DNA of 64,000 nt from contig JAAOMT010000515.1 of NCBI GenBank assembly GCA_016748015.1, forward strand, positions 293,249-357,248, given 5' to 3'. This stretch comes from Geosiphon pyriformis uo1 (lineage: Eukaryota; Fungi; Glomeromycota). A program made the translations under genes and the position numbers. Below the pieces are notes generated by a model, which was not told the DNA's origin, ran no database searches, and saw only the letters and a program-made list of their open reading frames with translations. Below, piece after piece: positions 14,543-26,797 of this stretch. Position 1 is the first letter of the stretch. Every line of letters begins with the position of its first letter.

Positions 14543-15541
14543 TTAAAGTGAAGCTTTGATCGTTAAAAATTTTTCACTCTTCTCTACTGAAGTTTCGGTA
14601 TTTTTCTCCTTTCCAATCAATTGCACCTTTAATCCCATTTTATCCTTTACAACCATCTTCCCCTCCAAAAAACTCAAATCACTTGATGCTAAATGATGAC
14701 AGCCAACTGATAGAAACTCTTCCAAATCTTCCAGATGATGCCAGTCTTTGAGAATTGAATGTCGACCATCGTAAAAGCAACAATAACGAAATTTGATTCG
14801 CTGAAGAGTTTTCGGACGAGTTTTTAATGTTTCCAATATTTCGGTTAGACCGACATCAATATTGGCGAATTCCACCTCTTCCAGAAACTTTAGTTGATGA
14901 ATTAATTGTGAAGCGCATACAGCATATTTCATCTGATCATCAGCATAAAGATATGAGCCGAAATTACGCAAACGAAATCTCAACTTTCGAATTTTTGGAT
15001 GCTGTTCAGCCAACGTTGAGAAGAAAGCTTCGATATGTTCATTCGGTAAAATAGCCCAATGTTGTGCAGAAATTGTCACCTCTATAAGATTTGAAGAACG
15101 ACGGATCATTTGTTTAATGAGCGAATAACAGACCATATTATGACCGATTGGGTATGCGAATCCTTCTGTCAAGTATGGAAATAAAATATTGACCGCAGTA
15201 ATCACATGACGGTCATTTAAATTTTGAAGGCATGCGATATAGTCAAATGTCGGTGCTGACCGAAGTTTTGGTATTCGAACATTCCAATTTTTGACTAAAG
15301 CCAAATCATCACCAGTAACGTAAGAGAAATAAATTCTTAATAAAGAACGAATCTTTTCTGGGTCTTGGTCCCAGGTGGTTGGCAAAAGTTCAAATGGATT
15401 TCGCCATAAAATTGGCACAGTTGTACGACACCAATCTCTACTGACAAAGAGGGTGGAATAGAGGGAATTTTTATCGTTTGCCAAATTCTCGATGATTTCG
15501 TGAAGTACGTCGACGGGCAAATAAGGATGTCCTGGCTCCAT
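14543..15541 (-). CDS. F-box domain / RNI-like LRR protein (332 aa, single exon)
   Basis: N-terminal LPVDVLHEIIENL..SLYSTLFVSRDWCRTTVPILWRNPF F-box, PTFDYIACLQNL segment, then degenerate LRRs. Confidence 0.88.
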   Translation of the reverse strand: MEPGHPYLPVDVLHEIIENLANDKNSLYSTLFVSRDWCRTTVPILWRNPFELLPTTWDQDPEKIRSLLRIYFSYVTGDDLALVKNWNVRIPKLRSAPTFDYIACLQNLNDRHVITAVNILFPYLTEGFAYPIGHNMVCYSLIKQMIRRSSNLIEVTISAQHWAILPNEHIEAFFSTLAEQHPKIRKLRFRLRNFGSYLYADDQMKYAVCASQLIHQLKFLEEVEFANIDVGLTEILETLKTRPKTLQRIKFRYCCFYDGRHSILKDWHHLEDLEEFLSVGCHHLASSDLSFLEGKMVVKDKMGLKVQLIGKEKNTETSVEKSEKFLTIKASL

Positions 15542-18500
15542 GATTTTTTGCTGCCGTCGACGTCTGTGTCAGTTTTCCAAGAAATTGATATTTGTGTGGG
15601 TACAGTTGATAAACGTAATAAATTTACTTTTTTTATCAAAGTGAGAAACGCCGGTCCGTATCACAATTTAATCAAACTCATTCAACATATAAGGTCTACG
15701 TCAGCCGAGAATATCACACAATTTGAATATTCAAAACAAATGGTTATCAGCTTCAGCAGCCGGAATATAATATATTTGAGATTTAGTTCAACAAATTCAA
15801 CGACCTGAAAAGTTCTATAAAAAAAATTAAAAAAAGAAAGAAAATTATTGTAGATGAGGAACGAAAGTGGCTAATTATCATACAGCAAAAAGGATGCAAA
15901 CCGGAGGTCATTGTTCAGCAAATGGTAGTGTAGCCGATCCGAGTCTCCGATATGGAACATAATATAACACGAATCGTATAGACCAATCGGAAGCGCCTTA
16001 GCTGGATAGTCGGATACACAAGGATCATTAAAATTTGATTGTTATTCCCTTTTTGTTCATGATAGTTTTCCCGTGCTTCGTAACAGCTTATCACTAAGTC
16101 GCATGATTGTATTATGACGAAAAGCCTGATATTATTAAAATTTTTCATTAACCTTTAAGATGCTGAAACATGAAGCTATAACAAAAAGACTTTTTTAATA
16201 ATAAAGTGATTAACATTCAGGATAAATCTTTTGATATTATTCACGGGTTATTAAAATCGGCTAATAGCTAGAACGAATTTTTAATTTTACGAATCAATCA
16301 CCGATGAGAACAAAAATCTAATGCCTTCAAAGTTAATTTGACAAGAATTTCAATTAATGATCTTTTGTATTCCAATTCTTTGGCTTTAAAATGTTAAGCT
16401 GTAATCCTGGTTGAAAATGACCCAATGGCTTGTAGAAATGGCTCGACGTATGACATGATAATTTTTGATTGTGTATATGCGGGCAGATTTGTAAGGTCCG
16501 AGGTGCCGAGTTAGCTCGCCAAATCGGGGGTTGTTAATCTTTCGATTTAGGACTATCGTGGGAACTTAATAGTTGATTGGCAGTTCGGAACACTGTGCCT
16601 GACCCCTTAAATGCCAATCTTGGATAATGGCTTCTTTTTCATACAAGCAGCCAAAATTTTAAGCGATCTTTTGAAACAGTCCTATGAGATCTATCAAATA
16701 ATCAAAATTGAAGAGCAGAAATTACAAGTAAAATTAAAAAAAATATTTATCAGCAAGGTTTTAAAATAAGTTAATGATATGGCCCATAAAGATCTTGGCA
16801 AGTTGGTTTGTAGTAGCAAAATATTTTTGAATATTTACAAATCAAAAATTTATTCAGATTATTCAATTTTTATTAGCATTGAAACAATTTTTTCAATCAA
16901 AAATTTTATATTCCAAAAAAAATGTTCAATTCAATGTAAGCAGAAAAGTTTTGTCAAACAAAAATGTATTATTTTTCAAGAAGCCACAAAAATACAATTA
17001 ATTCAAAATACGATTATTAGATTCTCAATTATCAAGAAGAATGTGAAATCATTATGACTTTCGGGTTTTTTGTGATGAACACAAGGTTAAACCGCCTTTG
17101 AAGTAAGAATATCAATTATAAAATTCTTTGAATAATACTTGGACATGGAAAATAAATTTTGTAGATATTACCTAAATTGAAAAAAGAATATCCTTAGATG
17201 TATTAATTAATTTAATATGACATAAATTTTAAATGAAATGTATTATTTGCTATAATTTATAAGATAACTAATGAGATAAACATTAAAAAACTCTTTTAAA
17301 GGATATAATTATTTTCGAGAATTACTTATTACCAAAATTTAATCTAGATATTTTCATAAATATATTGAAATAAAAGATTTAAACAGGATGAGCACAACTT
17401 CAGTATTGATTTTCAGTAAATTCCTTGAACAGAAAATATTTGAACAATTTGACATTTATTTTGGTGTTTTTTTTATTACTATTGTAAATTTTTTCAGAAG
17501 GATTTTGAATTTTTATCATTTAACAAAGTTGAAATTTTCAAGTAAAAAGTTCAATAGCAATTTTATTACATTTCTTAATTATCCAAAGCTAATATTTATA
17601 TACTATATAAGCGACCCCTGGATCTTGATCTAGAATAAATTTTGTATACTATAAATCATAATTATTTTTGAAGGCTGCTGATTTTTGAATTGTTGAACAA
17701 GACCAAAAGATTACTAATTTATAAATATGTTATTATATTAAGTGAATTTAATTTTAAAAATTGGATTTTTTTTTACTTAATCACAATAATCTGCAAGAAA
17801 ATAAATTTTAAATTTCTTTTTATATATTTTATTTTGAATAATTTTGATTGTGTAGAATAATAAATTTTTCTGAATCAAAATGCAAAAATTGTTTTTTCTT
17901 AGTTAATGGGCTTTTGAATATCTTTTTTCACACTTATTTTATTCACATGAAAAGATTAATTGCCTTTTTGTTTAAGTAAAAAATCTAGGGATATAGCTAA
18001 AACTGAAATTTGCAAATTTTTGCATGTTTCATGGAATGAAAAAAAGGGGAGATTTTATATTAATTAAAATTTTTCTTCGAATTTTGAAATTTTAACCTTA
18101 TTGAAAGGTGGAATTCCAAAATACATTTTATCCAGTGTAATATCAAGATCACTAAAATTTGTGATGACTTTTATCAGATTGAATGATTTTAACATGTTTG
18201 GAAGCTTCTAAAGGAAAAATATATTAGATGGTTAATTGATTGTTGCCTAAACTTTGAAAATTAAAAATCTAGACATTATAGTGCATTTGCTGTTAATAAA
18301 AATTAAGGTCGATGTAAGAGGCAGAAAAATTAGGGGTTCTTCATTAGATTGCAGTATTATTTATTTCCCAACTTCCAAAATTCTCTTATTGTAAACAACA
18401 AACAAAGACCTTTAATTAAAAATAACTTTTTTGGGGTTCACCGAAATCGATGAGAAGAGATTATTGTTATTCACAAGTACTTTTTAAGTAAAGTGAATTC

Positions 18501-19749
18501 TGTCAAATAAATTTTATTATGAGAATCTTTCATTTTTATTTAACAATTGAACCAAATTAAAATTTACTATTGCAAAAAGTTGAAATTCCATTAATAATCT
18601 CTCCCTTTGACTGGTTCTCTTATTTAAAATTTGGATTCGGATTTTGTTTTTGCAAATTGAAGATGGTGGTGTAGCTACAATTACTTCGGTTTTAAGTTTT
18701 GACAACATGTCCTTAACAGACTCTTATGTCAATTGTGTAAAAACTCGGAACATTACAGATTTTTTAATTACAAGTCATTAAACGTATAAACCTTGTACCT
18801 AAATCATTTCAGTGTTTTGATTGAGAATCACGAATTAGAAACTTTTTAAAATGATAAACGTCGCTAACACTTAAGCAAATAATTTTTTATAAGGATCCCA
18901 GGAACCATGTAATAACTTTGAATTAGAAAATGAAAGCTCAGAATGAAAAGCTGGATTTAAACACTAATATAGATTGAAATGATTAACGATAAGAATTTTT
19001 AGTCCTTTACTCAGTCCTGGAGTTTTTCATACTCAAGTTTCCAGGGTTTCTTATAAAATTACTTCCCTTTTACAGAAAATTGAAATTGAAAATGATTGCA
19101 TCTAATTAATAATTTCATATTAGCATCTCGTTTATTCTGATCCTTTGGTAGGTTGACAGGAGTTTTATCAAATTTTTGGTAAGCTATTTCCCATTCTCAA
19201 ATTTTGAAGGCAATTCAAAATTGGGGTTGATAATTGAAAATACTGTTTTAATCCAGTAGGATTTGAAATGAATTCTCACCTGAATAAGAAATGTTCATTC
19301 TGAAACGAGCAATAAGCATCTATAATATACATCGTCTAATTTTTTGTAGTCTCATCCTTGAGCCTACAAGATTGGGTTATAATAATATACTAAAAAAATG
19401 GTGCAATTCTCATCCACAAAATGAAACAAGAAAGGTTTTTAATTCGAAGATCAGAAATTTGAATATATAATGGATTTTATGAAAAATTTAAAAAACTCAA
19501 AGACTAATTATATATGAAGAAGCCTTTTGAACGAAAGGATAATAGAATTTTCACACAATTAATGAAAGCTTTTTAGGCTTAAATAACCAAATTTTTTGAA
19601 TAGAAAGCCTTTTGCATAAAGTTTCTTTTTCTTTTGTTCCAAACTAATATGAATCGTGCTATCTTCTTCATGAAGACGACATAATTAATGCTTAATTTTA
19701 CAAAACTTTAGGAAGGCAAGAATCGTCAATTTTGAGCATTTTTTTTAAT

Positions 19750-22120
19750 AACTGTATTTATTTTGGATTTTAAATTACGATTTTTGTTGTTCAATAAAAA
19801 TATAATTTATGAGAAACCAACAAGATTACTTGTAAATTATATATCAACAAAATTTTAATTCTATAATTAATTATATTTTTGTTAGTTAAAAACCAATATT
19901 AATTATTTATTTTTAGTTTAACATGTAAAACAAAAATTATATTTGTGTTTTATCACTATTAAATTTTTTACAAAAAGTTTATGCAAAATATAAGAATTAC
20001 AAAAATAATCCAATGTCAAACTACACTTTTGAAAAAAACATGTAAAATATAGATAACTTAGTAATTTGAAAATAGTTAAAAAATTTTTGATTCTTTTTGA
20101 AAAGTTATAGAATTTGAATAAGATTGTGATTAATAAATTTTAATTGTTATTATTAAAAATATTTTTTATTATTTTAATGTTTTTACAATTCTAATTGTCA
20201 ATATAATAATATATCTATCTAATTAATATTTAATGTCAAATTATTGTCAAATTTTTTGTTTTATATATTGAAATTTTCTGATAACTCAAATTCTCTTTGT
20301 AGACAATTTTTTGCTATTGAAAATGTTCGTAGGTACAACTGTTTATTTCTTAATAATTTTGTAAAAAAACTATTATTAATATTTGATTTAATCTTGTCAA
20401 AAAATATTATTAAGATTTAATTTTAATCTTGTAAAAGATATTTTTTTTTAAAACCAATTATTTGTTTTTTGTAATTGTTAATATAATTTTGACATAAACA
20501 ATAAAGCCAATACTAAATATTTTAATAACTTAATTTTTTTTAAAAGTGTTTTTTAGTCTAAAAATTCAAATAATGTTATTAATGTTAACAAAATTAACAA
20601 TTAATTAAATTTGCAATTACAAGATTTAATCAAAAAAAATCAATTTTAAAAGCGATTGTAAATATGATTTGGACCAAAAAATTTGACTTGACAAATTACA
20701 TTTATTTTTTTAATTATAACAAATTTTGAGATATTGTGAATTAAATAAACTAAATAATTAATAATTTAATAACAAAATTAAATATCAAATTAATAAATAA
20801 ATAGGCAATTTCTTTTTTTTAAAATTCAAACCAAAAATTAACAATGTAACAAATAAAATGCTTACTTTTACGGCTTTACAACAAATATTAATTTGTTTAA
20901 TGTAAAAATATGGTAACAATAATGTAATATAAATAATAAATATAATATAATATAGTCCAGATGGCTGGTCACTTGTTGAACCACATGACTCACGTCTATA
21001 TTTAATACAAGTAATATAACTAGAATAAATAGTGGGAGGACCACAATTTGTTAAAAAATAATAAATATAAAAAATTTGATAATTATTTTTAGTAAAATTA
21101 ATAAGTATTAACACACCTTTAACTTATTAGTACTTATTAAAAAAATAAAAATAAAAGTCTAAAAAATTGTTAATTTAATAATAAACTATTTTCTAAATAA
21201 AAACAATATTTATAAAAATTCATTTTTTAATCAATTAAGTCTTCAACAATATTAAAATAATTTTTAATAATTGACTCGTAAATAAAACATGATTTTAAAA
21301 TGATTGAAAACAATTTTATTAATTATTAATTTTAACAATATTAATAAAACTAATTATTGATCAATAAAATAAGAATTTATAAATACAATTACCAAAATTT
21401 CAGAGCAAACATATTTATAAATAATATAAACAATTATCTATCTGAGAAATATTCAAGATAAATTTAATATTATTAAATTATTACAAATATAATTCAAATA
21501 TTATACTAAAAATCAAACATCAAACATCCAATTATAATTATATATTATAATTTTACAAAAAAACTTATATCAGCAAATTTTTAAAGCCATGATCATTTTT
21601 CTCATATTAATTATTGTTAATAAAAATTAATGTATATTTAAAAAAAGTTATATAAATCTGTCAAAATTACTTTTTAATGTCTATTAATTTCAATGCGCAT
21701 AAAAAGTTATCATATTTTTCTCGTATATTTTTTTATAAAATTTTGTTCACCTATTATTAAAGAATATGTATGTGAGTTTTATTCAATTTGCTTAATTATT
21801 CTTTGAATAAAAATAAGAATTCCAAAACCAATTGTTTCATACTGTATATATATTTAAATGTTATAGATAAATTTTTTGCTTTTTATATTGTAAAAATAAT
21901 TTATGATTGATTTTTAAATACAATATTTTTATATATAATGAAAATAATAATTAAAAATTTTAAAGTATTTTTCTCATTAAATAATAACATTTAACTTTTT
22001 TGATTAATATAATTTATATATTATTTTATTTGTTTAGTATTTAATATTATGAATGATTTAATTAATGATATCTTAATAATTTAATATTATATTCGTAAAT
22101 ATAATTTTTCACAATTTCAT
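19750..22120. mobile_element. Extremely AT-rich, CpG-depleted block, probably an eroded transposon relic
   Basis: Sharp drop in G+C, very few CpG, no credible ORF. A faint SHDH..CQ pattern near 21590-21670 is reminiscent of an integrase zinc finger, but the family cannot be assigned. Confidence 0.4.
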
Positions 22121-23279
22121 TAAGTTACAACTGTTGCAGAATAGATTTGAGTCATTATGTATTACTTATATGGTTATTCAAATAACACAGTATGAATCTT
22201 CAAGGGCCCTGAAATATATTAATATTTTAAAGAAAAATTTTAAATTAAAAGTTTAAAATAAGTTATTATCATGTGATGTTACTTAAAGTTCTCATGTAAT
22301 TTCACAATATGTGCCTTACTCGACAAATAATCAGATGTAGAACAGCCATTTTATTAATTAGTTTCGCCTTAACAAAACCTCCGGCAATTTACACTAGCTA
22401 CATCGCCTAAGCTAAGGCTTAAATAATATCTAAGTTAAGAGCTATTTTAAGTTTAATTTAGGTTAATGATTAAAACCTACTGAAAAAATTATATATTTCA
22501 ATTGTAAAAGATTGTTTTAATTCAAAAATATTGGGCAAAAACCTAACATATATAGCAAATAATGTGTTTTTTGATTTTATTTATCTAAAACATAAGATGC
22601 TATGATCGATATCTGTTAAAGATATATTTCTTCAGCAAAAAGTTGGTTGTCCGCTGAATTAATGAAATTCACTTTTGAACCAAAGCTTTTCTTAGTAAAA
22701 CAATATATTCAATTTCAAAGAGCGAGAAAATTCCGCGATTTAAGACTAAAAATAAAAGCTGATAGTATTAAAATACTATGGACTATTTGACTCATTTTAG
22801 TATAATTTAATGTTGACCCAAATTTATTTTTAATAAGAAAACCCACAGATCAAGAATTCTAACAGCCAGTTGAGATATATTAACCAGGCTTCTGATTTTC
22901 AGCTTCTCCTGAATTATTTAATTAAGTGATCATTCAATGAAAGTTATCTGGTATTTTAATAGGTGTTACGTTTGACTTTTGAAATGTACACCTTCCCCTT
23001 TTTTAGGTCTTCAGTTGACCGAATAATAACGATTTACAACGTTTTACGAAAATAAAGCTTCCACTAATTCTGTGCCCCGATTTTTTGATAGTGAGTTTTT
23101 TGCAATGAAAAATCGTCATACTCAATAATAAGTGTGTGATGTTGTGTAAAAGAATTCTGAGTCTATATTTAACATCATTGGGAATTTTGGAAAATAGTCC
23201 CTGTTGGAATAGCAAATGGCCAAGTAAACTTTTAAGCTGCTGTTTCCTTTCAAAATTTTGCAAGAGAGATTTCATTAAA

Positions 23280-25717
23280 ATGTTACCTCGAAAACCAGCA
23301 ACAAATATTGAATTCAACTCGCAAAAAAGTGAAAGTGGACCATTAATTATGATAAATGAACAATTCGCAAATTCCATGACCAAATTGGATACGATTAATT
23401 CGCATAAAGAAAATCTATTGCCTGGAATTCGAGCTAGAGAGGTAAAAATTACAAATTTTGTGAAGTCAATCAATTTTTAAAACTGGCATAAAAGGAAAAC
23501 AGATTGCGAATGAAATAAAATCTAAGGCAACTAAAAAAGATGAGATTCATGACAAGATTGTTGACCGCGCTGATTTTAATCATGAAAATCTACTGATAAA
23601 ATGCTCGAATATTGCCAGTTTACTTAACTTCTTCCTTTCTAATCTAGTTACTTGGACGTCATGCAAATAGACCTCAATCAATGATACAATTTAATTCTGA
23701 ACCAGCTCTCAAACTCAATACCAACTTGCCGGCCCGTTACAGTATGATAACACCAACAAAAAATACGGTCCATGTCTACAAAATCGACGTGAATCACAGT
23801 CACCAGGATAGTGAGCAAAAGGACAGACTTGGATTTGCAGGCAAATTAAAATTAATGTTAAACCCTCCACCGAATCTTGGAAAAAAACGTTATTCAGCAC
23901 CAGCAATTATTCGAGGCCCAAAAGCTTGGAATCCGGCACAAAAAAATGGTGAACTAGCGATGAAGGAAGAACAATATCTACAAGCTGCTCTTTGCTTTTC
24001 CAAAGTATTGGAACAATATCCGGATAGTGTTAATGCATATTGTGATCGTGCTACGGCTTATATCCGGATGGGTGATTTTGATCGAGCGACGCAAGATTTG
24101 GATATTGCATTTCAACGAAAACCTAATAAGTCACGTTGTTGGTGTTTGCGGGGTGAACTTCATTATCACCAGGGTAAATATGACGAGGCATTGATTGATT
24201 TTTCTAACGGCTTACAACTCGATCCTGAAAATCTCGAGGCTTTGAACAGACGTGCTTTAATACTCAGTAAAATTGGATTCCATAGTAAGGCTGCTGAAGA
24301 ATTGGATAAAATTATTAGACTTCAACCCAAGAATCCTATTGCATTGCAACAACGTGGTATAGATCATTTTCTCACGAAAAATTTTATCGCTGCCGTACCA
24401 GATTTAACGAGATCATTGCTCTACGGGGTAGAGGATCAGAAGGCCACAACTCTCAGTTATCGAGCCGCGGCTTATAAAGCGATGGATCGATTCGTTGAAT
24501 CTTTACACGATTTTAATACTGTTTTGGAAATGGATCCGAATGATATTGAGGCGCTGAATCAACGTGCTGATCTTCATCGATTAATTCGAAACTTCAATAA
24601 AGCTATTAAGGATTTTACTCGTGTCTTAGAACTTGAGCCGTATAACGCTTTTGCACTCAAAAATCGAGGAGCCATGTATGCCCAATTACGTCAGTATGAC
24701 CGAGCCCTTGCAGATTTTAACAGACATTTAGAATTAGAACCTGATGACACTTTTTCGTTGGGTATACGTGGTGATGTTTATCGACTTATTGGACGATTTG
24801 AAGAAGCTTTGCCAGATTTAAATAAAGTCATTTCACTTGAAACGGACGATGCAGAAGCTGCATTAATGACTCGAGCTGCTGTTTATCGTAAAATGGATAG
24901 GTTTGAAGAAGCATTATCAGATCTAAATGCAATTCTCGATAATAATCCTGAAAATTCCCAAGCCTTAGCAATAAGAGGCGATATCCATTACTGGAAAAAA
25001 CTTTATTATGAAGCATTAATTGATCTGGATGAAGCACTCGAAATTAGGTCCACTGATCATAATGCATTACGCAGTCGAGGTGTAACAAATGCGGCGTTGC
25101 AAAGATATCACGAGGCCCTTTACGATTTTGAAAAATCATTGATGATTGATCCTGAAGATGCATGGACACTGACATTTAGAGCTGAAGTATATCATATTCT
25201 AGAAATGTACAATGAAGCTATCAATGATTTGGATCGTGCCATCCAAATAGCACCTAAGCAGTGGTTCCCCCTAGTCGTTCGTGGTAGTGTTTATCGTTCC
25301 ATGAAAAGGTATACTCGAGCATTATCTGATCTGGATGTTGCTTTAAAATACACACCGCAAGACCTGTTTGGACAGCGATACCAAACACAGGCATACGCTA
25401 ATCGTGGAGCGGTTTCTCGAATTTTGGGTCGCTTCGATCGAGCGTTACATGATTTAAATCTTGCTTTATCTCGTGAACCGCAAAATATCTTTGTTATCAG
25501 TCAACGTGGAGCTTTATTTCGTGCTTTGGGAAGATATGATGATGCTAACAAAGATTTGGAGAAAGCATTAAGCTACGATCCCAATAATCAATTTGCGTTG
25601 TCAGAACGAGCAAAGGTTAATCGCATCATTGCTACAAATAAACTTCTTGTCCAATTCAACAAGCAGTTGAGCGTTACTATCGATGCAGCGGCTAGTTTTG
25701 AGGGAACCATTGTATGA
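23280..25717 (+). CDS. TPR-repeat protein A (about 16-17 TPRs), 2 exons
   Basis: The 678-aa ORF 23681-25717 is made of 34-aa TPR units (A...RG..Y..L..Y..AL.D...AL...P). The frame is open upstream to an acceptor at 23647, and a phase-0 donor GAG|GTAAAA lies at 23442 in the upstream ORF. The exact start ATG is uncertain (23280 or a later in-frame ATG). Confidence 0.9.
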
Positions 25718-26797
25718 GTCCAGCAATTTAACCACATACAAAGTTGATCAAAGTGAACAACTGATGCTTTTCCAAAGGAACACTTTCGAAGTACTGTTGA
25801 AAATTCTGCTTTGCTAATTTAAATCATCTTCAAACTCTAATTCAATATTCCTTGTATATTACTCGCATTGTATATGTATAAATTAAAAACCTGTATTTAT
25901 ATGTTGAAAGCAAATTATACTGAACAGGATTGAAAAAATAAAGTTCAGTTCTAACAATTATTTTAAAGTCTTGAATTCTTGATCACAATCTAGATTTGTA
26001 GAAAAACCGAAAAACCGAAAAGTCTGGAAATATTTGCATGATAACTTTCTTAAAGAACTAAATATTGATCATTGTGACTTTTTTCAATAATGTTAAACTA
26101 CTAAGATCACAAATAAATAAAATTTAGAATATCACATCTTAAAAACGTTTTTAACTATGATACAAGTTAAACGCAAAAATTTGAAATTCCCCCTTTCAAA
26201 TGGAATAATTTGCAAATGAAAATTTGGAGACTTTTGAATTGAATTTTTAATTTTAGAAATTTCAGTTTAAACCGTTTTATTTAAGCCTAATCCTCCCAAT
26301 CTTTCTTTCAAAAATGATTTACATGCGCGATTAGTTTAAAATCATAATCATTGAAGAAAAGTTTACTTTCTGTCTCGAAAATAAACTACCCAGATAGTAT
26401 ATCCCCGTCAAATAAACTCAAAAATAAAGATGATTTTTGGATTAGAGAATTTTCCTTAACAAGCATCCCTAATTTATTACCAGCTTTATAATCAGTTTTG
26501 AAAAAGCCAGTAACAACTAGTCAATTTCGAGGAACTTAGTTTTCTTCATAGTTTTTAATATGATTTTAGTGAGCAAAATTTACAGGAGTTTGTATTGCAT
26601 CCAACGGGTTTTGTCTAAAGCTCTTTCATGCTAAAAATATTTCAAATTCATTTTTCTGACTATAAGTTTGGAAGTAATAAATTATGTAGATTTTCAATTA
26701 AAATCTTCCAAAATTAAATTTAATAAATAAAGTATCTTGCAGCTTGATAAAATATTCATCACTTTACGAAGAAAATTTTTGGATTCCAGTTAGTATT

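Noticed and set aside
14827-18708. Short ORFs overlapping or upstream of the F-box gene and in AT-rich spacers
   Set aside because: Antisense or alternative-frame shadows, or low-complexity I/F/K/N-rich chance ORFs without motifs.
23003-23473. 156-aa minus-strand ORF
   Set aside because: No recognisable motif; antisense to the probable first exon of TPR-A.
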